A DNA stretch of 64,000 nucleotides from Parcubacteria group bacterium. GTDB lineage: Bacteria; Patescibacteriota; Minisyncoccia; Phycocordibacterales; Zambryskibacteraceae. Under the pieces are notes generated by a model. That model did not search any database. It was not told the origin of the DNA and was given only the letters and a program-made list of their open reading frames with translations. Position numbers and translations under genes: made by a program. The stretch is from positions 145,876-209,875 of the forward strand of contig JAQBRH010000002.1 in the NCBI GenBank assembly GCA_028286565.1, read 5' to 3'. Of the stretch, positions 57,197 through 64,000 are shown one piece after another; the first letter of the stretch is position 1, and every line of letters begins with the position of its first letter.

Positions 57197-58111
57197 TTAC
57201 TTAGAGGTTTCCGCAAGCATTGTGATCGCCTTGGTGACGATGGGCAAAATATCATCATAAAAGTTGAGGTCGAGGATCTCCGCAAGTTTGAACCAGCGCA
57301 CATCGTCGAGTCCGCCCTTCTCCTCTTTCTTCTCAAGCGTCAGCTCTTTGTACGGAGCCTCGGCGAGGAAATACGTCACCTGCTTTTTGATCTTGCCGTG
57401 CTCGGGGTGATAGGTGGTATAAGAATTTTGACCGAGGCGTTCGTTGATGACGACGGGGATGCCGAGTTCTTCTTCGGCTTCGCGAATGAGACAATCTTCG
57501 TCCGATTCATCGCCTTCCACCTTGCCTTTCGTGAGCGTCCAGTGGCCGAAGATATCATGAACGAGGGCGAGATACGTGTCGCCTTCGTGGGTCGCATAGA
57601 CGACCGCACCGGCCAGCCTGTGGATCGGAAGTTCGGAGTCGGGGATGTTCCCGTATTTTTTCTTCGGTCGAGGCTCGTCGTCTTTGCCGGGCTCCCCCAT
57701 CTCTTTGTAGACGGCGCCGAGGACGCCGTTCACGAATTTGCCCGACGTATCTCCGCCGAACGACTTGGCGAGTTCGATAGCCTCATTGATGGCCACCTTG
57801 GGGGGAACTTCCTTGCGGTCGGCAAAAAGAAGCTCAGCCAGGCCGATGCGCAAAATATTCCTGTCGACCGTGGCGATCTTCTCGATCGGCCAATCGGGAG
57901 CGGCTTTTTCTATCAAAAGGTCGAGATCGTTCTTCTTGTCGAGGACGGACTTGAGAAGCGCTTCCATGAACGGCCGGTCTTTGGATTCGGGTGCGAATTC
58001 GATGAGGTTTCGTTCAAACGCCTCCAGAGCATGATCTTTGGTCTTCTTATCAAAATCCCATTCAAAAAGGGTTTGGAGAACTACGGAGCGTGAGAGATGT
58101 CGGTGAGACAT
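57197..58111 (-). CDS. nusB: NusB fused to a C-terminal Nudix hydrolase
   Basis: R..SR..VLQ.LF, DRNILR, VPPKVAINEAIELAK.FG...S.KFVNGVL; Nudix box GKVEGDESDEDCLIREAEEELG. Confidence 0.92.
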   Translation of the reverse strand: MSHRHLSRSVVLQTLFEWDFDKKTKDHALEAFERNLIEFAPESKDRPFMEALLKSVLDKKNDLDLLIEKAAPDWPIEKIATVDRNILRIGLAELLFADRKEVPPKVAINEAIELAKSFGGDTSGKFVNGVLGAVYKEMGEPGKDDEPRPKKKYGNIPDSELPIHRLAGAVVYATHEGDTYLALVHDIFGHWTLTKGKVEGDESDEDCLIREAEEELGIPVVINERLGQNSYTTYHPEHGKIKKQVTYFLAEAPYKELTLEKKEEKGGLDDVRWFKLAEILDLNFYDDILPIVTKAITMLAETSK

Positions 58112-58160
58112 AAAGAACAAAAAGAGCTAAAAATAATTCGTGCCGGCTGGCGGGCCCGGC

Positions 58161-58370
58161 CTATCGGCCGGCCCTGGCCTTGCTCGCCTTCTTGGTCGCC
58201 TTGGCGGCAACGTCGAGAACCTTGCGCCCGCGGTAAGCGCCGGTCTTCGGATTCATGCGGTGTCGCATGTGCGAAGAGGCGCCGTCTGCGGTGAGGGTGG
58301 GCTTTGCGAGGGCGTGATGAGATCGCCTGTTGTTAGACTGCGACCTCGTGTGTCTCATTCGTACTGTCAT
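58161..58370 (-). CDS. rpmF: 50S ribosomal protein L32 (Cys-free)
   Basis: RRSHHAL, H..H.....G.YRGRKV; upstream of nusB-rnc. Confidence 0.85.
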   Translation of the reverse strand: MTVRMRHTRSQSNNRRSHHALAKPTLTADGASSHMRHRMNPKTGAYRGRKVLDVAAKATKKASKARAGR

Positions 58371-58457
58371 AGATCGAGTCTAGCAAAAGAAGGGCAAAAA
58401 GAAAAGGCCCGCACAAGGAGGTCGTGTAGACCTTCTCTTGTGCGGGCCTGTGATGGT

Positions 58458-59063
58458 TCACCACCACGGATACTCGGCGATAGCCGACGACTCTTCCGCT
58501 GTGAGAGGCTTTGACATCCACGAACGGAGGCGCTGGCGATACCGACTTTCCACGAGCTCAGACCGGGCGGCGGCGAAGGCGAGGGTCGCGAGGGTCGCGC
58601 GGTAATGGAAAGGAACGGTCTTCCCTTCCGTCTCGCGAAGGAGACTCTCGATCTCTACCATGGTGATAGGACCCAGAACTTCCTTCTGGCCGTCCGGAAG
58701 ATAGAAGTCTCGAAGCGTTCCCGACAGGATCACCATTGGGTACACCACCTTGAGGTGAGTACCGTCCGGATTTTTGTCGTCCGGACCGAGTTCCATGTGG
58801 ATCGGCTCCGCGCTGAGCTGACGCCACTTGAAGGGGCTATCCTTCTTGCCGTTATCCTTGTCCACTTCGTGGATGAGAGAACGGAGCGTGTCCCTGACGG
58901 TCTCGCCGGGCTCTCCGGTCTCGACCGGATGGCGGATGCTCGTCGACCCTCCTCTCGTGTACGGCATGCGGTCGTTCTGCAACTCGCCGCTCGGCTTTTG
59001 CCGAGGAAGGGTGATAAGCACGGAGTGGCTGGTGATGATCGTTTGCTTCGCGCCTGCAAGCAT
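58458..59063 (-). CDS. Orphan protein, possibly a divergent Nudix fold
   Basis: P.ETGEPGET..DTL....HEV resembles a decayed Nudix box; GAGG SD; own promoter and long terminator hairpin. Confidence 0.5.
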   Translation of the reverse strand: MLAGAKQTIITSHSVLITLPRQKPSGELQNDRMPYTRGGSTSIRHPVETGEPGETVRDTLRSLIHEVDKDNGKKDSPFKWRQLSAEPIHMELGPDDKNPDGTHLKVVYPMVILSGTLRDFYLPDGQKEVLGPITMVEIESLLRETEGKTVPFHYRATLATLAFAAARSELVESRYRQRLRSWMSKPLTAEESSAIAEYPWW

Positions 59064-59190
59064 CGTATCCTCTCGGTCATGGGTATGTAGAGTTCGGATG
59101 CCGCATAAGCGGTCATTCCGTTGTGTATTATAACATAGTTATTAGCAATTTGTCAAGGAGTTTTTAGATATAAAAAAAGCCCCTGAAGGC

Positions 59191-59739
59191 TTAGTGAATG
59201 GCCGCTATCTGGCGGGCGTTTACTTTGGAAAAGGTGCCCTTGAATAGCGCCATCATCTGGCGGATCTTGGCCTTTGGAGTCGGCCATTCCGGATTTCCCG
59301 CAATGACCTCGAGCGCTTGGATGACGTTCGAATCCGTATATCTGCCAGCGAGCTTCGAATGTTCTCTGCAGGCTCCCTCAAGGCCAAGCCTGTCAAATGC
59401 TCCGACCCAGATCACCAGAGATTCATTGATCTCCCTTCCGTTTCCCGCATCGCGGAGAGCGAAGAGGGCCATGGCCGAGAGCGAATGCCGATCCGGCCGC
59501 ATACCGAGGATAGTGGCCTTGCCTCTCGCGTGAACGGGAAATTGAAAGCTGAGCGCCCGCTCGATGAGCGACGTGCCGACCGTTCGAGTGCCCGCGGCTC
59601 GGATATTCCCGAGTCCGCATAGCGACCCGTACCCGGCACCGATGTCGATCCCGAGTAAGAGAGAAGAAGGTACTCCTTTTCTAGCTTGAAGTGACTCAAG
59701 TATTTCGTGATCGTTTAGAAACGTGTATTTGTGCGGCAC
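59191..59739 (-). CDS. Orphan hypothetical protein
   Basis: 182-aa ORF with TTGACA...TATATT promoter and terminator AAGCC..GGCTT. Confidence 0.5.
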   Translation of the reverse strand: MPHKYTFLNDHEILESLQARKGVPSSLLLGIDIGAGYGSLCGLGNIRAAGTRTVGTSLIERALSFQFPVHARGKATILGMRPDRHSLSAMALFALRDAGNGREINESLVIWVGAFDRLGLEGACREHSKLAGRYTDSNVIQALEVIAGNPEWPTPKAKIRQMMALFKGTFSKVNARQIAAIH

Positions 59740-59811
59740 GTAAGCACTGATGAAAGAGGGATGGGAGATGTCTAAGGAAAATATAGTATAAAATGGTATT
59801 TTGTCAAGATA

Positions 59812-60402
59812 TTACTGGTGTGAGTTCAGATTTCGCAAAAAGGTCCTTCTGTGGGAATCCGACGGTCCGTGCTTTTGTATGGCCTCCCGATGAAGTCTTG
59901 TCCCATATCCCTTATGGATATGAAATCCGTACTCGGGATATTTCTTCGACAGCTTGACCATATACCTGTCCCTCGTCACTTTAGCGCACACGCTTGCAAG
60001 CGAGATGACCGGGATCTTCTCATCTCCGCGGATGACAGTAAGCTGGCGCGAGAATTCCTTTGGCGCATGGAGAGCCCCGTCGAGAAATACCTGGTCGCTT
60101 TTGCTTGCGTGTATCTTCTCGAGGCAGCGCTTGATGCCGAGGCGGATGGCAAAACTGATCCCGTGCTTGTCTATGACCTTTTCTGAGACCAGGGAAACCG
60201 CAAAATCGAGCTCTCCCCCTTTTTTGGCTTCGAGGGCGAGACCGTACCAGAGTTCCCGATCCTCCGCCGAGAGCTTTTTTGAATCCTTGATCCCTTTAAA
60301 GAATTTCTTGTTGAAATTCGCACCGACCCGGACCGCCCCTACAGCCACCGGCCCGGCGAGCGGACCTCTGCCTGCTTCATCAATACCTACAAGACAAGTC
60401 AT
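59812..60402 (-). CDS. rnhB: Ribonuclease HII
   Basis: GIDEAGRGPLAGPV, DSKKL, ASVCAKVTRD, HKGYGT. Confidence 0.97.
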   Translation of the reverse strand: MTCLVGIDEAGRGPLAGPVAVGAVRVGANFNKKFFKGIKDSKKLSAEDRELWYGLALEAKKGGELDFAVSLVSEKVIDKHGISFAIRLGIKRCLEKIHASKSDQVFLDGALHAPKEFSRQLTVIRGDEKIPVISLASVCAKVTRDRYMVKLSKKYPEYGFHIHKGYGTRLHREAIQKHGPSDSHRRTFLRNLNSHQ

Positions 60403-60440
60403 CGTTAGTAGCTATCATACCCTTATATTATACTGGTCGT

Positions 60441-63400
60441 ATGTCCCGCTTCATACACCTCCATACTCACAGCCACTATTCTCTCCTTGAAGCGCTCCCA
60501 AAGATCCCGGACCTTGTTGAAAAAGCCAAAAAGCTCGGCATGAGTGCTCTTGCCCTCACTGATGCGGGCAATCTCTACGGAGCCATAGAATTCTATAAAG
60601 AATGCACTAGTGAAGGAATAAAGCCCATCATCGGAGTGGATGCGTATATGGCCGCGCGAACCCGGCTCGACAGAGAGCCTCGGATCGACAACTCCCGCTC
60701 AAGGCTCGTCCTCCTCGCCAAGGATGAAGCAGGATATAAAAATCTCCTCTCCCTCGTCACCGCCTCGAACCTCGAAGGCTTCTACTACAAGCCGAGGATC
60801 GACAAGGAACTCTTGGAGAAGTATCACGAAGGCCTCGTCTGTATCATGCCCTCCTTCTCGGGGCAGATCGGGAGATTGGTGGGCATGAAAGACAACGAGA
60901 AGGCGACGGAACTTTTGAATTGGTATAAAAAGCTCTTTGGCGAAGATGATTTTTATCTCGAGATCTCGCATCATCCGGAAATAAACGGCCACGAGGAGAA
61001 GATGCGCGAATTGATCGGCTTTGCCCGCTCGACGAACACCCACTTGGTGGCCGCTCAGGACGTGTATTACCTCGAACCAGAAGACAAGCCGGCTCGAGAC
61101 ACCCTCCTCTCCATCCAGTCGCACGTCGGCAAGGACACCACGGGCAGCTGGAACGGCGAAGAGGAGGACTTTTCATTTATCGACGGAGCAAAGGCCGAGA
61201 AATATTTCAAACACATCCCGGATGCCATAGAGAACACCTCAAAGATCGCGGCCAAATGCAGCCTAGAGCTTGCTCTCGGATCGTGGGTGTTCCCGAACAT
61301 GGAGATCCCGAACGGCCTGACGCCGGACCAAGCCCTCCGCGAGGTGGTCTTCGCCGGCATAGACCGGCGCGGATTGATCAAAACTCCTGAAGTGCTCGGG
61401 CGCATCGAATACGAGCTCAAGGTCATAGAGGACAAAGGCTACCCGAAATATTTCTTGGTCGTGTCCGACCTCCTCCGCTTTGCCCACGAACACGGCATCC
61501 TTACGAACGTCAGAGGTTCGGTGGCCGGTTCCTTGGTCACCTACCTTGCAGGAATTACGAACGTGAACCCGCTTGAATTCAAGCTCCCTTTCGAGCGATT
61601 CTTGAACCCGGACCGCCCTTCGGCACCGGACATCGACATGGACTTCGCCGATACCCGCCGAGACGAGGTGATCGAATACGCCCGCAAAAAATACGGGGCG
61701 GATCATGTGGCTCAGATCGGTACGTTCGGCACCATGATGGCCCGCGGCGCGGTTCGAGACGTGGCCCGAGCCCTCGGATTCCCGTACGGACTCGGCGACC
61801 AGATCGCAAAGCTGATCCCCATGGGCGCTCAGGGATTCCCGATGACCCTCGACCGAGCCATGAAGGAAAACCCGGACCTTAAAAAGCTATACAAAGACGA
61901 TGCGGGCACGAAAACCATCATCGACATGGCCAAGAAGATCGAAGGTTCAGCGAGACACATCTCCGTCCACGCCGCCGGAGTGGTGATCGCTCCTCGGCCT
62001 CTCACCGACTACACCCCGCTCCAGTACGACACCAAGGGCGAGAACAAGATCATCACCCAGTACGACATGTATTCGATCGAGGAAGCCGGTCTCCTCAAGT
62101 TCGACTTCCTCGGCATCCGAAACCTCTCGATCATCGCGGACGCCTTTGACCGCATTAAAAAGATCGAGGGCAAAGACCTTCGCATCGAAGACATCCCGAT
62201 CGATGACAAGAAAACATTCGAGATGCTCGCCCGCGGAGAAACCGAAGGCACCTTTCAGCTGAACGGCGACGGGATGACCAAGGCCCTGACCGAACTGAAG
62301 CCGACGAATATCCACGACATCAACGTCATGGTGGCGCTCTATCGCCCGGGTCCGATGGACAACATCCAGGAATACATCGCCCGAAAGCACGGCAAAAAGC
62401 CCGCCACCTATATGCATCCGAAGATGAAAGATTTCTTGGATACGACCTTCGGCGTGCTCGTCTATCAGGACGATCTCCTCATGACAGCGATCGAGGTCGC
62501 CGGATATTCGTGGGGCGAGGTCGACAAGTTCCGTAAAGCCGTCGGAAAGAAGATCCCGGAGGAAATGAAGAAGCAGCACATCTTGTTCGTCGAGGGCTGC
62601 CAGAAGCACGGAGGGATGAGCAAGGACAAGGCTGAAGCTCTTTGGGAACTCTTCGTCCCCTTCCAAGGCTACGGATTCAACAAGGCGCACGCCGCGAGCT
62701 ATGGGCACATTGCCTACGTGACCGCCTACCTCAAGGCGAACTTCCCCGCCATTTATATGTCCGCCGTCCTCACCGCCGAATCCGGAGACGTGGAAACGAT
62801 CGGCATCATGGTGGCCGAGTGCAAGCGGATGGGCATCGAAGTCCTCCCTCCGTCCGTGAACGAAAGCTTCTCGCAATTCACCGTGGTCACTATCCCCGAC
62901 GAACCCCAGAAGATCCGATTCGGGCTGACCACCATCAAGAACTTCGGGCAGGGCGTCTCGACCGCCATCATTGAAGAAAGAAAAAAGGGCGGCCCGTTCA
63001 AATCCATCGTCGAATTCCTCGACCGGGTAAAGGATAAAAATTTGAATAAAAAATCTCTTGAGTCGCTCATCAAATGCGGAGCGCTCGACGACCTTCCGGG
63101 AAACGATGGCAAGCCTGTGGACCGCGGAGTATTGTGCGCGAACATCGACAGCCTCCTCGCCTATCACAAAGAGCATGCTCAGGCTCCGAGCGACCAGGGT
63201 TCGCTCTTTGGCCTCATGACCGATACCTCGAGCCTTCCCACCCTCCGCCTCAGCCCGGCACCGGAAGCTACGCAAAAAGAGAAATTATTGTGGGAGAAAG
63301 AACTGCTTGGCCTCTACATTTCAGGACATCCTCTCGAAGAGTTCAGAGACAAGATCGAGAAGACGAACGGCAACATCCAAAAACTCGAAGAGTGCAGAGA

Positions 63401-63647
63401 GAACACCGAATGCATCATCGCCGGCCAGATCACGTCTATCCGCGAAGTGATGACCAAGAAGGGCGACCGCATGATGTTCGTCTGCCTCGAGGATTTCTCC
63501 AAATCAGTCGACGTTGTCGTCTTCCCCAAGATCTTTGAAGAGTTCAAGCAATTTCTGGTCCTCGACAACTGCGTAGCCATGAAAGGCAAGGTTTCCAAAA
63601 AGAACGGCGAAACCTCCTTCATCGCCGACAAAGTAAAAAATTTATAA
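60441..63647 (+). CDS. dnaE: DNA polymerase III alpha subunit
   Basis: PHP HLHTHSHYSLL, RGSVAGS, FERFLNP.R...PDIDMDF, KFDFLG, YGFNKAH, C-terminal OB fold. Confidence 0.98.
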   Translation: MSRFIHLHTHSHYSLLEALPKIPDLVEKAKKLGMSALALTDAGNLYGAIEFYKECTSEGIKPIIGVDAYMAARTRLDREPRIDNSRSRLVLLAKDEAGYKNLLSLVTASNLEGFYYKPRIDKELLEKYHEGLVCIMPSFSGQIGRLVGMKDNEKATELLNWYKKLFGEDDFYLEISHHPEINGHEEKMRELIGFARSTNTHLVAAQDVYYLEPEDKPARDTLLSIQSHVGKDTTGSWNGEEEDFSFIDGAKAEKYFKHIPDAIENTSKIAAKCSLELALGSWVFPNMEIPNGLTPDQALREVVFAGIDRRGLIKTPEVLGRIEYELKVIEDKGYPKYFLVVSDLLRFAHEHGILTNVRGSVAGSLVTYLAGITNVNPLEFKLPFERFLNPDRPSAPDIDMDFADTRRDEVIEYARKKYGADHVAQIGTFGTMMARGAVRDVARALGFPYGLGDQIAKLIPMGAQGFPMTLDRAMKENPDLKKLYKDDAGTKTIIDMAKKIEGSARHISVHAAGVVIAPRPLTDYTPLQYDTKGENKIITQYDMYSIEEAGLLKFDFLGIRNLSIIADAFDRIKKIEGKDLRIEDIPIDDKKTFEMLARGETEGTFQLNGDGMTKALTELKPTNIHDINVMVALYRPGPMDNIQEYIARKHGKKPATYMHPKMKDFLDTTFGVLVYQDDLLMTAIEVAGYSWGEVDKFRKAVGKKIPEEMKKQHILFVEGCQKHGGMSKDKAEALWELFVPFQGYGFNKAHAASYGHIAYVTAYLKANFPAIYMSAVLTAESGDVETIGIMVAECKRMGIEVLPPSVNESFSQFTVVTIPDEPQKIRFGLTTIKNFGQGVSTAIIEERKKGGPFKSIVEFLDRVKDKNLNKKSLESLIKCGALDDLPGNDGKPVDRGVLCANIDSLLAYHKEHAQAPSDQGSLFGLMTDTSSLPTLRLSPAPEATQKEKLLWEKELLGLYISGHPLEEFRDKIEKTNGNIQKLEECRENTECIIAGQITSIREVMTKKGDRMMFVCLEDFSKSVDVVVFPKIFEEFKQFLVLDNCVAMKGKVSKKNGETSFIADKVKNL

Positions 63648-63683
63648 TAAAAAAGACCCGCGATGTTTTGCAGATCATTCAGT

Positions 63684-63995
63684 TTAAGAAACGGGTCCTA
63701 ATGCGAGTTTAAGCTGCGACGTTAGCCATTCAAGGATTTCGATGACTGCGGTTCCTGATCCGATCCCCAGCGGGGTTGAAAGAGGCAGCTCGCGGGCTGA
63801 CTCCGCATCGATATCGCCGTTTTCGATCCGGAACGCATCCCCGATTCGAGCTAAGCGGCTGTTGTATTCGGCCTCAAATGCCCGAACTTCTTCTGATTCC
63901 GAGCCGTATAGCCTCGTCAAAAGAATGAGCAGCGCCTGAACCCTGTTGTCGATCTGCGCAATGTCACCAAACGTCCTGATCTGCATCGCGGACAT
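63684..63995 (-). CDS. Orphan hypothetical protein
   Basis: ORF convergent with dnaE; AGGAG at the window edge suggests the real start is ATG at 63986. Confidence 0.5.
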   Translation of the reverse strand: MSAMQIRTFGDIAQIDNRVQALLILLTRLYGSESEEVRAFEAEYNSRLARIGDAFRIENGDIDAESARELPLSTPLGIGSGTAVIEILEWLTSQLKLALGPVS

Positions 63996-64000
63996 CTCCT

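Noticed and set aside
1-64000. Alternative genetic code (TGA=Gly as in Gracilibacteria/Absconditabacteria), or introns/inteins in dnaE, rpoB/C or the tRNAs
   Set aside because: Core genes are full length under code 11 and several end in TGA; no insertions seen

Overview
Chromosomal segment that looks like Patescibacteria (CPR), most likely Parcubacteria. The taxonomy is an inference from the gene set, shortened proteins and tiny spacers; TGA is read as stop. It carries core information-processing genes: uvrB/uvrA/uvrC, tgt, mreB, priA-def-fmt, hpf, msrA, typA, truB-like, hisS, a UvrD-nuclease fusion, rpoB-rpoC-dnaG-rpoD, rpsP-khpA-trmD, rnr, smc-like, rnc, a nusB-Nudix fusion, rpmF, rnhB and dnaE. 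It also has three tRNAs (Ala-TGC, Val-CAC, Asn-GTT) and about 20 small orphan genes wedged between the core genes. No integrase, transposase, CRISPR array or rRNA was seen. Main observations: (1) ~150-bp structured non-coding elements directly behind tRNA-Ala and tRNA-Asn share the layout 'tRNA 3' end X - hairpin - antisense X - hairpin core - sense X'. An 18-bp core recurs at two loci, and rows of single-gene cassettes follow without any integrase. (2) Two expression grammars: core genes look leaderless (TAnnnT + 6-7 nt + ATG), while orphans have a full -35/-10 promoter, a C-rich leader, a Shine-Dalgarno sequence and a terminator. (3) Several core enzymes are degenerate or minimised (Ddl, PriA, HisS, SMC), and NusB is fused to a Nudix domain. 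(4) A DnaA-box cluster sits on the rpoB promoter and merges with a REP-like palindrome family.
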